A stretch of DNA of 64,000 bases from Monocercomonoides exilis PA203 (lineage: Eukaryota > Protista > Preaxostyla): assembly GCA_001643675.2 (NCBI GenBank), contig LSRY02000005.1:1550001-1614000 (forward strand). Direction: 5' to 3'. This document shows positions 34,596 to 46,679 of the stretch, in pieces. The number at the start of each line of letters is the position of its first letter. Within the stretch, counting starts at the first letter, position 1. A program made the translations under genes and the position numbers. The notes below the pieces were generated by a model. That model was given only the letters and a program-made list of their open reading frames with translations, was not told the DNA's origin and made no database searches.

Positions 34596-36263
34596 TTTCT
34601 CTTCTCCTGTGCAATCATTGAATAACACATCATCATCTTCTTCTTCTTCCTCTTCTTCCTCCAATGAACCAGACTCCAACTGCAGTTCTCTTTCATCCAC
34701 ACACAATTCACAGCTGATGATTCCTCTTCCTCTTTCAGAGCAACACACACCAACACTCACACCTCCTCCTCCTCCTCCTTCTTCTTCTTCTTCTTCTTCT
34801 TCTTCTTCTTCTTCTTCTTCTTCTTCTTCTTCTTCTCTTTCTCCTCCTCTTCCTCCTTCTCACCTTCCTCCTCCTCTTCCTCTTTCTTCTCTTCCTCTTA
34901 AATCATCATCTTCTTCTTCCTCTTCTTCCTCTTCTTCTTCTCTTTCTCTCACCCCCTCTTCTTCTTCTTCCAAGCTCTCTTCCCTTCTCAACAAAACACC
35001 AACCACTCAACGTTCCTCTCTCTCTTTCAATTCGCCTCATTCTCCTCGTTCTTCTCGCTCTTCTCATTCAGCCAGATCCAATTCAAGAACACCTCACAAA
35101 AGCAGAAGCAAATCGCTTTCTTCTGTTCGAAGACCTTTCACCGCTTCTCCTTCTCCTTCCTCCTCCTCCTCTTCCTCTTCCGCTTTCCCCCCTTTTATAC
35201 CTTCCTCTTCTTCTTCCTCTTCTACTTCATTTCACCGTCTCTCAAGCACTTCCTCTTATCCTTTTCCTCCTCCTCATTCTTCCTCCTCCTCCTCCTCCTC
35301 TTCTTCTTCTTCTTCTTCTTCTTTCTCTTCTTCTAACAAATCTTCTTCTAACAAACATCATCACCTTTCTTCTCCTCATCTTTCTCGCTCTTCAAAGCCA
35401 AAAGCAAAAACGAACACAAAAACAAACTCGAAACAATATGAAAAGCGATCAAATAGCATTTCCTTTGAAGATGGAGGTGAAATGAATGTTTTTCCTTCTT
35501 CTTCTTCTTCTTCTCATTCTCATTCTTCTTCTCCTTTTCCTTCATCATCTTCATCATCATCTTCTTCTTCTTCTTCTTCTTCACTTCCTTTTCATTCTCC
35601 TCCACTTCATCAAACATTTCCTTCTTCTTCTTCTTCTTCTTCTTCTTCTTCTTCTTCTTTCTCTTCCTCTCTCACTTTCCTTCCAAGCGACTTGAACAAA
35701 ACAGCACAAAAAGACAATGAAATTCCTTCTCTTTCTTCTTCTCGCCATTTTCAGTCTCTTCCTCTTCCTCTTCAATCTTATCAAAATAATCAAAATAATC
35801 AATTTTATCCATTTTTCCCTTTTCAATCTCGAAAACCTTCTCTTTCTCTTTCTCTTTCTCTTCTTCCTCCTTCTCTTTCTCCTTCTTCATCTCTTTCTCA
35901 CTCTCTTCCTCTTCCTCTTCCCCCTCTTTCCTCTTTCATTTCGCTCAAAAACGATGGAAAAGAAGGTATTTCTCTTTGTTGTGTCTCCATTCGTTCTCTC
36001 ATCTCCCTCACTCCCTTTGAGCCTTCTTCTTTATCCACTTCTTTTTCTCCTCCTCCTCCTCCTCCTCCTTCTCCTTCCTCCTCCTCTTCCTCTTCTTCTT
36101 CTTCTTCTCTTTCTCTTTCTTCCTCTTTTCCTTCTCCTTTCTCTTCTCCTTTCCCATCTTCTTTCCCTTCTCCTTATTCTTCTCGTTCTGCTTCTATTTC
36201 TCTATCTTTGTCTCAATCTCAATCTCTTCCTCCTTTTCTTTCTTCTTCTCTTTCTTCTTCTCT

Positions 36264-36295
<32 letters not shown>

Positions 36296-37176
36296 AATCA
36301 TTAAATTCGTCTCTTCCTTCTTCTTCTTCTTCTTCTTCTTCTTCTTCTTCTTCTTCTTCTTCTTCTTCTTCTTCTTCTCTTCCTTTTCCTTCTTCTTCTC
36401 GTTCTGTTCATTTCAACATTCCACAAGCACAAACACAAACACAAACCAATCAAAATCTTCTTGTCTTCCAACAAAGCTGTTATCAACCAAATTCTCTTTT
36501 TGTTTTCAATTCACCTTCCAATTCTTCTTATTCATCATCTTCTTCATCATCATCAATAACATCTTCTTCTTCTCTTTCTCCTTCTTCATTTTCTCCTTCT
36601 TCCTCTTTCTCTTCTTCTTCTCCTTCCTCTTCTTCTCCCTCTCCTTCTCCCTCTTCTCCTTCTCCTTCCTCAAATGTTTATTCCCGTCTTCCTCATTCCT
36701 CTCCCATCACTCCTTCTCCTCCAATGAGCTATTCACCCACCCCTCCTTCTGCTCCTTCAATGACAACAACTTCTTCTTCTGAGATCAGACGAAGATACAG
36801 ACACAATTCGAGTTCTTCTTCAAGTTCTTCTTCCTCTCCTTCTTCCTCTCCTTCTTCCTCTCCTTATTCTTCTTCTTATACTTCCTCTTCATCATCTTCT
36901 TCTTCCTCTTCTCCTTTTTCTTCCTCCTCTTCTTCCTCTCCTTCTTCTTCACTTTCTCTTTCTCCAACACAAACATCTGTCATCACATTCCCAGTGACTG
37001 CAATATCTCCCTTTTCTTCTCCCAGACAATCCTTCGATTATTCCAATCAACCTCATGCTTCCATTTCTTCTTCTTCCTCCTCCTCCTCTTCTTCTTCTTC
37101 ATATCAACTTTCTCCTTCCTCTTCCTCTTCCTCTTCATTCCATCGTTCATCTCGTGATTTTTCATCATCATCTTCT

Positions 37177-37208
<32 letters not shown>

Positions 37209-40200
37209 TTCTTCTCATCCTCGTTTCCATTCTCGTTCTCATTCTCTCTCTCCCTCTCGCAACATGTCACACACTCAATTGCGCCATTCGTTTCGTCTTC
37301 CTCTTCTCTCTCAAACAAATCATGCAAGTCGATCTTCCACTAACATTACACCTTATTCCTCTTCTTATTCGTCTTCCTCTTCTTCTTCTTTTTCCTCTTC
37401 CTCTTCTCTTTCTTCTTCTTCTTCTTCTCACAAACACTCTTTCTTTATCCCTTCTCCTTATGAACAGCCAGTCAAAATACCCGTTTTCCCTTCTTCTCCT
37501 TCTGCCAAGCCTCAATTCACCACTCTTCAGCACAAAAATCAAAGTCAAATGATTCCGTCCAATCAATCGCATACGCAAATAAATAGAAGCAGACCTGGAA
37601 CGTCTTCTTCTTCTTCTATTTCTTTATCTCCTTCTTCCTCTTCTTCTTCTTCTTCTTCTTTCTCTTCTTCTCCTTCATCGTCATCCTCTTCTTCTTCTTC
37701 TTCTTCTTCTTCTTCTTCTTCTCGTTCTGTCCATTTCGCATTTCCTCCATCTTCTTCTTCTGCTTCTTCTCAAAATGAATCTCTTTTTCAATCATATCCA
37801 CCACCACCACCTCCTCCTCCTCCTCCTCAAAACACACAAAATTCATCTTCTCCTCTTTCTCCAATACCTTCTTCTTCTTCTTCCTCTTCCTCTTCTTCTG
37901 TTTACTCTTCCATTGAAGATTCTTCTTCTTCTTCTTCTTCTTCTTCTTCTTCTTCTTCTTCTTCTTCTTCTTCTTCTTCTTCTTCTCTTTCTTCTTCTTC
38001 TTCTTCTTCTTCTTCTTCTTCTTCTTCTTCTTCTTCTTCTTCTTCTTCTTCTTCTTCTTCTTCTTCTTCCTCTTCCTCTTCCTCTTCCTCTTCTTCTCAA
38101 CACATTTCATCGTCAAACAGCAATCATCAAGATGATATTCCTCCTCTTCGCTCTCGTCCTCGTCCTTCTTCTCATCAAAGAAGTTCTTCTTCTGCTTCTC
38201 CTTCTTGTTTCTCTCCTTCCTCTTCCTCTTCCTCTTCCTCTTCCTCTTCCTCTTCCTCTCCTTCTTCTTCCTCTCTTTCTTCTCTTCCTGCTCTTCCTTC
38301 TCGTTTTCCTCGCACACCTTCTCCTTCTCTTTCTTCTCTCCCTCCTTCTCTCCCTCCACCCGTTGTATTCAACGCCATTTCTTCTCCTTCTCAAATTCCT
38401 CTTCCTTTGAATTCTTCTCTTTCTTCTTCTTCTTCTTCCTCTCTTTCTTCTCTTTCTTCCATTTCTTCTGTTTCTTCGAGTGTTCCTTTCTTTGAAAGCT
38501 TAGAAAATTCTGTTGATTCCAATGAAGATGAATGTTTGGATGTTCAAGATGCTTCTCCTGCTTCTGCTATGAGGATGTTCCAAGCTGAAGAGAAGGAAAG
38601 AGGAAGAGGAAGGGGAAGGGGAAGAGGAAGAGGAAGAGAGAGAGAAGGAGAAAGAGAAGGAGAAATAGAAGAGGAAGAAGAAGAGGAAGAAGGAAGGAAA
38701 GAAGAGGAAGAAAAGAAAGAAGAAGAAGAAGATTTTGGTTTCTTCAGAAAGGAAAGAATTTTCACAATGGAAAATGATAATGGAAATGGAAATGGAAATG
38801 AGGAAGAAGGAGAGAAACAAGAAAAGGAAGAGAAAAAGAAGAAGAAAGGAGAAAGCGAACAAGAAGAAAAAGGAACTGAAGAAGATGAGGAATCAGAAGA
38901 AGAAAGAGGAGGAGAGGGAGAAGAAGAAGAAGAACAAGAAGAAGAAGAAGAAGAGCAAACAGAAAACAAAACAAAACACAACCCCTCCACAAAAAGAACA
39001 GTTGATGAGAAATTCTATGAGGACTACAACAAATCTGTGTGTGATGAAGCGAAGCTTGCTTTGTTCTTATCTCTGCCTGCTTTATTCCCCATTGACATGT
39101 TTGAGTCATTGGCAGCTGTTCAGATAGAGACAGACATCAGAGACAGCATGTCGAGGTTTCTAATAGAGTTCGACGAGGCGTTCTATGGAATACCAATAGA
39201 AAGCGATTATCAGGTGGGACAGGAGGAGGAGAAGGGGAAGAAAGAGAAAGAGAAGGAGAAGGAGAAGGAGAAGGAGGAGAAGAAAGAGGAAGATAAAGAG
39301 AAAGAGGAGGAGGAGAAAGAAGAGGATGAGGAAAATGAAGAGAAGAAGAACGAGATGAAAGGGGAGGAAGATGATGGGGAAGAAGAGGAAGAGGAGGAAG
39401 AGGAGGAAGAGGAAGAGGAAAAGGAGAAAAGAAGGGAAAGAGAGGAAGAGGAAGAAGGAGAAGGAGAAGAGAAGAGTAGTGGGGCTTGTGAAGAAGAGAA
39501 AGAAAAGAGAGATGAAGAAGAAGAAGAAGAAGAAGAAAAGGAAGATGAGAAGGAAGAAGAGAAGGGAAATGACAAAAATGAAATTGAAGAAAAAAGCGAA
39601 ATGAACGATTCAGCAGAGCTATTATGCAGTGAATGCAAAGAAGATGAAGAAACAATTGAAAAAATGGAAGATAAAGTTACAGAGAAGGAAGAAGAGGAAA
39701 AGGAAGATAATGAATATGATTATGATTGCGGCAATGATGGAAAAAAAGAGGGAAGAAAAGAAGACAAAGAAGAAGAAGAAGAAGAAGAAGAAGAAGAAGA
39801 GAAAGAAGTTGAACATCAATCAGAATCAACTGAAAATGAAAGAATGTTTTTGAATGAAGAAAATTCTCAAGCACAAACATCATCAAACAACAGAGAAGAA
39901 ATGAATGGCTCAAAAAATGGATATGAAGAAGTTATTGAACAGCCTTCCAATGAGCATTTTGAATGTGAAGAGGAACAAAATATTTCTGAAATAATTGTTA
40001 AAGAAGAAGATGATCATGATCATGAGAGTGGAGAAGAAAAGAAAAGAGAAGAAGAAGAAGAAGAAGAAGAAGAAGAAGAAGAAGAAGAAGAAGAAGAAGA
40101 AGAATCGAGCGAACAAGACTTAGATGATCTGTTATACACATCTCGAATCGCTACTTCATCAACTGCTAAAGATGATGATTCTAATGATGATAATGATGAT

Positions 40201-41667
40201 GATAATATTTCAGTTCTTAACACAAAAGATGACAGCTTATTCGATACAATAAATGTTAATCCTAATACAACCATTTCAAACAACAAGAAGGAAGACATCG
40301 ACTCGGTTTTGTCTATTTATGAAGGCTCGTCCCAATCAAATAGCATACAACCAGAAGAATCAGCAGCCATTGTGATACAGAAATACGTTCGTTCTTTTCT
40401 CGCAAAGCGAAAAATCGAAGAAATGAAGCAAGTTCAAGCGGAAGCAAACAGAGCAAAGAATTTCACTGAATGGAAACATCGACATCAGTTTCTGGGGCTG
40501 ATTCGTCCTTTGTTTGAAGAAAACGACACGAAGAAGGAGATTGTGGCAGCGGTGGATGAGAAATGCGGACTTTTGTCGAACATTCTGAAGAGTCTGCACA
40601 TGCAGAGGAGGAAGAGGTTGGTGGAGGTGGCTGTGCCTTCGATACAGGAAGATGTGAGGAGGATGCTGAGGGAGATGGATGAAGAGGCAGAGGAAGAGGA
40701 TGAAGGAGAGGAGAGAGAAGAGAGAGAGGAAGGAGAGGGAGGAGGGAATGGAGAAGAGGAAGAGAGGAAGGAGGAGAAAGAAGGGAGAGGAGAGAGAGAG
40801 AAAGCGGAAGAAGGAGCTGGTGAAAATGTGGAAGGAATCAGAGGAAATGAATGTGAGGAGATTGGAAACGATGATATTGAACAAGAAGAATGCGAAGATA
40901 CAACAGGGAATGACAGATACGGTGGAAGAAATGAGCTTTTGGATGAAGAAAAAGATGAAGAAAAAGAGATGAAGGAGAACGATAAGCCGAGTGTACTTGA
41001 TTCTGATGAAGAAAGTGCTGAGACAAATAACGAACAGGAAGAAGTAGAAGAAGGAAAAGGAAAAGGAAAAGAAAAAGAAGTAGGTGAAGATAGAGGCAAT
41101 GAAAATGACGAAAGTGCAGAATGTGATGAGGATGCTGATGGAAATGAGACTGAACAATTGATGAAGACTCTTCTTCCCCCGCAATCCTCTCCTCTTAACA
41201 GCGACACTTCTGTTTCGTCATCTCCGTTCTTTCCTTCTCATTCGCAACCGGATCAATATTCATCCTCTTCCTCTCTCTCCTCTTCTTCACAGCCTCTTCC
41301 ATCTTCTCAGTCTTCTAATCCTTCTCATCCTTCTCATCCTTCTGATCAATCAGATAGGCCTCCTTCCCCCTTCATCGCAGACGACGACAAAGAATGGAGT
41401 GCTGTTGTGGAGCCTCATAGCGGAGATGTCTATTTTGAGAAGGCATCAACAAGCGAAAAAAGATCGTTTGAGGAGCATCAGACGAAGAGAAAAGAGAAAG
41501 CGCAAAATGACATCAAATTCATTGTGGAGGAAGAGCAGTCACTTAGTCATCTGATTGATGCATTCAACAAGTCACTCCACGAACGAGAAAGGCAGAGAAG
41601 GAAAAAAAGTTTGGATATTTGCCTGGATAAAGTGTGCGGAATCAACATCTCCTTTGAAGCTTCATGA
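33074..41667 (+). CDS. Giant low-complexity protein (Ser/Pro-rich N half, Glu/Lys-rich C half) with IQ motif; join(33074..33206,33266..41667)
   Basis: 8.4 kb open frame. An upstream exon from ATG 33074 joins through a phase-1 GTATGA..TAG intron (33207-33265). IQ motif AAIVIQKYVRSFLAKRK at ~40363-40413. Confidence 0.75.
37921..38097 (+). repeat. (TCT)n microsatellite encoding poly-Ser
   Basis: Near-pure TCT run of ~59 codons, the longest of many in this gene. Confidence 0.95.
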
Positions 41668-41842
41668 TAAAAACTCACTATAATTATTATAATTTTATTT
41701 TTTCAATTCTGTATTTTACAACTGTATTTAAATAAAAAATCAACCTCTTTCAATGAAAACAAATTATTATTTGCAGCTTTCATCTTGAATACTATTAATG
41801 CAATACTATATCATCCAAAATATGAAGTGAGAAATGGTAGTT

Positions 41843-41992
41843 TTAAGAACGGATTTTCTCCTTCTTGTGAAGATAAAGAGCACGCAGTGAAATACCAGCA
41901 ACTTTAACAACCTTGAAACGAACTCCGGGCAAATCACCAACAGCGTGACCTTTTCTACCAAATCCAGAAATCAAAACTTCATCCTATTTATC

Positions 41993-42027
<35 letters not shown>

Positions 42028-42541
42028 GGTTAAAAATATGAAAAGAAAGTTATGAACTATTACAGAATATTTAATTGAATTATTCAAACGTTATCATCAA
42101 CAAAGTTCAAGCAACCATCCTTTGGTACAAAAGCTGCAACTTTTTTGCCATTTTTAACCAATTGCACACGAACGCATTTACGAAGGGCAGAGTTTGGCTG
42201 TTTAGCTTCAACACCACTAAAATTTTTTTATAAAATGTTATTATCAATAAATATTTAAAAATTCAAACATTTTCTCAACAACAATTCCCTTTGCATGTGA
42301 GCATTTCTGGAAAGGATCAGCCTTCCATCTTGTTGCGAGGACACGACGCTTGTAAGCCTTATCAGCCCAACGTCCTGAGATACGTTTGTTGTGCAATTTT
42401 CTAGCTGCGTGAAGTCCACGTGGTTTTCTGGATAAAGAACATCAAAAATCAATAAAAATAAAATGAAAAAACAACAAAATTAAAAACGATTCATCTCTAT
42501 TTACAAGAAGAAGAACAAAAAAAAGCACACCCTGATCCCAT
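41843..42541 (-). CDS. RPS23: 40S ribosomal protein S23 (uS12); exons 42531..42541, 42269..42427, 42090..42216, 41843..41983
   Basis: Spliced translation [15 protein letters not shown]...[35 protein letters not shown]...[40 protein letters not shown]. Three GT..AG introns. Missed by the ORF track. Confidence 0.96.
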
Positions 42542-42660
42542 TTTGATCTGTATGATGAATGATGGAATAACAGTGATCAAGAATATGTAATACAAATTAT
42601 TGAAGGTAACCCATCATTGTTGGGATTCGTTTTTTTCCGTGAGAACTTTCATTAATAACG
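42542..42660. promoter_or_regulatory. Putative bidirectional promoter (RPS23 / ACSL)
   Basis: Divergent start codons 119 bp apart. Contains the inverted 8-mer aatgatgg (42558-65) / ccatcatt (42611-18). Confidence 0.5.
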
Positions 42661-44742
42661 ATGGAAAGCGAATCTGTCAAGCCTGTTTACGGAGAAGTGC
42701 ATAAATGTACCATTGAGCTTCCTGGATGGATTGATGGCAAAAGTCGTTATCGAGCCATTGTTGAAGCAATGAAGAAAAACGGTAATTGGCCATGTCAAGG
42801 TACAAGGACATATCTTCCAGATGGAAAGAGAGGAGAATATGTGTGGGAAGATGGAAATACTGTGTTATCAAAAATAAACAAGCTTGCATTAGGGCTTAAA
42901 GAACTTGGTCTGAAAAAAGGAGATAAAGTTGGAATTATGTCAAAGAATAGACCCGAATGGACAATAGCAGATATTGCATGTACCAGCCAAGGTTGCGTTG
43001 TGGTGCCTATTTATGATTCATATGGGCCTGATAATTGTAAATTTATTATCAGCTCAACAGAACAAGTTTGTGTATTTGTTGGACATGATAATGTGAATTT
43101 CATGCGTGAAGCGTGTTCTCATTGCCCAACTGTTAAAAATATTATTCTTTTTGATGGTACACCTCCGGATGAAGAATATATTAGATCGGTTAATGCTTCT
43201 GATAAAGAAACAAGAAAGGGAATTGAAGAAATTGGCTTTTCTCATCTCTATTCGGAAATTATGGAGATGGGAGGAAAGCAATTAAATGCAAATCCATTTG
43301 TTCAAATTGAAAATCCGGAAATGGCTTTTGATGATCTTGCGACAATTGTGTTCACATCTGGTACATCTGGTGTACCAAAGGGGGCCATGCTTTCTGATCA
43401 CAGTCTTTTGAAAGGAGGATGGACTCTTTCGGGAAGAGCAACGAATGTTCCTTATCAAGACATAATTGTGAGCTATCTTCCACTGGCTCACATTTTCCAA
43501 AGAAGTATCGAAATTGTGGCTCTCACTTTAGGGATAGGGATTGGCTATTTCAGTGGTTCGATACCTCAACTTACTGACGATCTTTTCCATCTGAAGCCAA
43601 CTTTGTTTCCTGTTGTTCCGCGTGTGCTATCGAAGATATGTATGGCAATCAAAGATAAGATCAGCAAAAGTGGAGCAGTCACAAGGTCTCTGTTCAAAGC
43701 TGCCTATTTCCTAAGACAAAAAGCTATGATAGATGAGTGGCCTACCATGGCGATATCAAATCCAATTATGAAAAAAGTGTCTTCGATGTTCGGTGGAAGG
43801 CTGCGTGTGGTGTTTTGCGGATCGGCTCCCCTTTCGCCAGACATTGGGAGGTTCCTGAATGTGGTTATGGGTGGGCGAGTTCTCGAAGGATACGGGCAGA
43901 CAGAAGCATGTGGTGCATCGTTTGCAATGATTGAGGTTGACCACAATTATGGCTCGGTGGGACACATCTTGCCTGGCGTTGAAGCGTGTCTGATGTCTGT
44001 GCCTGAGATGGGATATCTTGCAACGGCTAATCCTCCTCAAGGAGAGGTGTGCCTACGCGGATGGCCTGTTTTCATGGGCTACTACAACGACCCTGAAGCC
44101 ACTAAGAGGACGCTGGCCGACGGGTGGCTTCACACAGGAGATGTTGGGCAGTGGCTTCCAGGAGGCCAGCTGAAAATCATTGACAGGCTGAAGAATGTAT
44201 TCAAACTGCAGCAGGGCGAGTTTGTGTATGTAGAAGATATTGAAGGCTGCTTGGCAACGTCGGATGTGATCGATCAAATTATGATCTATGGAGAGCCGCT
44301 AATGAGCGGGCTGGTTGCAATTGTCGTTCCAAACAAAAAAGCTCTTCTTGCTTGGGGAAAAGAGACAGGTTCTACACTCGATGGATATGAGGAAGCGAAA
44401 AAGAGTTTTATGACTTCTCGTCCTTCACCTTCTTCTTCTTCTTCTCTTGTTAGCTCTCAATCGGATTCATCATTTTCAACGAAGGCTGGGTGGAGCGATG
44501 ATAACGAGTACGAATTTTTGTGCACTTTCCAGCCTGCAATTGCATTTGTTGCGGAACATATTCACAAAAGGCTGGTGGAAGCAAAAAGAAAAGGATTTGA
44601 AATACCAAGAAGCATCTTTATGACACCTGTTGAGTTTTCAATTGAGAACGGGCAATTGACTCCAACACACAAAGCGAGGAGAGAAGTTATTAAAGCTGTG
44701 TATCGCAAACAACTTGACGAGATGAGCAGAAGCCTTCAGTAA
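42661..44742 (+). CDS. ACSL: Long-chain fatty acyl-CoA synthetase (AMP-binding enzyme)
   Basis: Motifs FTSGTSGVPKG, SYLPLAHIF, EGYGQTE, GWLHTGDVG, IIDRLKNVFKLQQGEFV and LTPTHK. Confidence 0.93.
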   Translation: MESESVKPVYGEVHKCTIELPGWIDGKSRYRAIVEAMKKNGNWPCQGTRTYLPDGKRGEYVWEDGNTVLSKINKLALGLKELGLKKGDKVGIMSKNRPEWTIADIACTSQGCVVVPIYDSYGPDNCKFIISSTEQVCVFVGHDNVNFMREACSHCPTVKNIILFDGTPPDEEYIRSVNASDKETRKGIEEIGFSHLYSEIMEMGGKQLNANPFVQIENPEMAFDDLATIVFTSGTSGVPKGAMLSDHSLLKGGWTLSGRATNVPYQDIIVSYLPLAHIFQRSIEIVALTLGIGIGYFSGSIPQLTDDLFHLKPTLFPVVPRVLSKICMAIKDKISKSGAVTRSLFKAAYFLRQKAMIDEWPTMAISNPIMKKVSSMFGGRLRVVFCGSAPLSPDIGRFLNVVMGGRVLEGYGQTEACGASFAMIEVDHNYGSVGHILPGVEACLMSVPEMGYLATANPPQGEVCLRGWPVFMGYYNDPEATKRTLADGWLHTGDVGQWLPGGQLKIIDRLKNVFKLQQGEFVYVEDIEGCLATSDVIDQIMIYGEPLMSGLVAIVVPNKKALLAWGKETGSTLDGYEEAKKSFMTSRPSPSSSSSLVSSQSDSSFSTKAGWSDDNEYEFLCTFQPAIAFVAEHIHKRLVEAKRKGFEIPRSIFMTPVEFSIENGQLTPTHKARREVIKAVYRKQLDEMSRSLQ

Positions 44743-46328
44743 CACTTTGATTTTATCCCGAAAATGATTGGTTTTTGTTATGAATGGAATACATTTATTC
44801 TTTCCTTTTATTTTTCTTATTTTTACAATAGCAGAATATATTCACTCGTTTTATGCAAATTTCAGTTTAGACTTAAATAAGAATTATGCTTTTCACTCGT
44901 TAGTTTCTATGGTGAATTTTTTTTTTTTTTTGTTATGTTTCGTTTGATTTGTGCGTAGATTGTTGAACATTTTTGCAAAAAATCAGATGAAATTTTGTTC
45001 CATTTCTAACTGCACAGTTGAACTTATCAAAATATCGCTTCAAATTTTACATTTTACATATCTTCTAATCTAAGAATTGTACATGTAAATATAAAGGTTA
45101 TCAAGTTGAAATTGGTATAATTTGAAGAAATCAGATTTAGTCATTTGATGATAATATGTAATCATTGAAATGATCACAAAATCAAAATTGTTTGTGTTTT
45201 GAGTTTTGATTGAAAATGTGAAAAAAATGTATTGCTTTATCAATTTTGTTCCACACAATATTTTCTATCACTTTTCAAAGTTCTTGATTTTTGTGTGTGT
45301 GTGTGTGTGTCAGATAAATGATTTTATAACTTGTCTTGTCACAGTGGTATATCTTTGTTTTTTTTTCATTATTGGAAAATCTTTCCCACAAATGCCAAGC
45401 ACATAAAGAAAAAAAATAATTGTATTTCAATCTCCTCATGATATTTTTTTTTAGCAAAAAAAAAAAAAACATTTCATAAGTTATCAAATTTCATCAAAGA
45501 AAAAAATTCCTCTTGAATTGTGATTTTTGCATTATTAATGCAACTATTTGTGAAATAACACATTCAGAAAAATCGAATTTCTGTGGTTTGTCTAGAGTTG
45601 AAAACTGTAAAGTCTTTTTAAGGATTCTTTAAAATTTTTTTTAACCTATGAATTGTTATTTTTTTGTTTGGGTTATCATAATAATGTTCACCATGAAGTT
45701 ATTTTTGAAAATATGTTTATTATTCGAACCTTTTTTTTGGTATTTAATTAGAAATATGAGTGTTTATAAGATAATAAATAATGTGTTAGTGCAAGTGAAC
45801 AAAGAAAAAACAAAAACAAAACTCTTAATTGTGTAGAAGTTGCACAATGTATTTGAGTGACGGTTGTGGGAAAGAAGAATTCCAGTTCAATTTTTCCATC
45901 ATTCAAATTACTTCAAAAATCATTGAAGAAGAAAATTTGGTGAACAAATTGGAGTCAACTTTTAAAAGGGATTTTTTCCTTATTGGCTTTTTTTTTGACT
46001 ACCAACTTTCAAAGAAAGTGTATTGGCTTTTTTTTTTCTTTATTCAATGCTTTTTCAAATTCAAAACAGTTCATAACTTGTTTGTCTTTGTATTTTGGTT
46101 TGTTTCTTTCTTAGAAATAGCGTTTTTCATATTATGAAAAGTCACTTTTCTCATCGAACCAAGCTTTCCCAAAAAGTGTAAAGTACAGTTTCATAATCTG
46201 TTAGCATTTATCTTTTTGTATTTATAAATTTAAATTTCTGCAATTATTTATTCAGATACTTTTTTTCATTTCCTTTTTTCACAAACATGCAAACATCAAT
46301 ATGAAATTATCTTTTTTCAAAAAATGAA

Positions 46329-46502
46329 GTGGCTGATCCTTTTTGAAATCAAACTTTCGTTCGAATTTTGATCAAAAATGTAATTTTAATTGGATTTTGG
46401 AAAATTTAACTTCTGCGGTAAATACACATAGCGCATGATGATGTTATATAGAAATACATTTTTTCGAAAATCCCACTTTGATAAAAATTTTTGATCAAAA
46501 TT

Positions 46503-46536
<34 letters not shown>

Positions 46537-46560
46537 AAGATTTCAAAAAGTGTCGGCCAC
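46329..46560. repeat. Small imperfect foldback element (~230 bp, MITE-like) with a poly-A run in the right arm
   Basis: gtggctgatcctttttgaaatc pairs with gatttcaaaaagtgtcggccac (3 mismatches). gaattttgatcaaaaat pairs exactly with atttttgatcaaaattc, and ggattttggaaaa pairs with ttttcgaaaatcc. Confidence 0.75.
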
Positions 46561-46679
46561 ATACGTGTTATTTTTTCACAAAAGCATCATTTTGTATTTC
46601 GCAAAAGAATTACGACTTTTAATTCACATTTGTAAAATTTCGAAAAAATGAGATAGATTCAAAACAGGAATAATCAAAT

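Noticed and set aside
33575-41207. Numerous poly-L, poly-K, poly-R and poly-F ORFs in other frames
   Set aside because: Alternative readings of TCT/GAA microsatellites.
41994-42024. Poly-A run as a retro-insertion tail
   Set aside because: It is the poly-T tract of RPS23 intron 3 on the minus strand. No TSD or element body.
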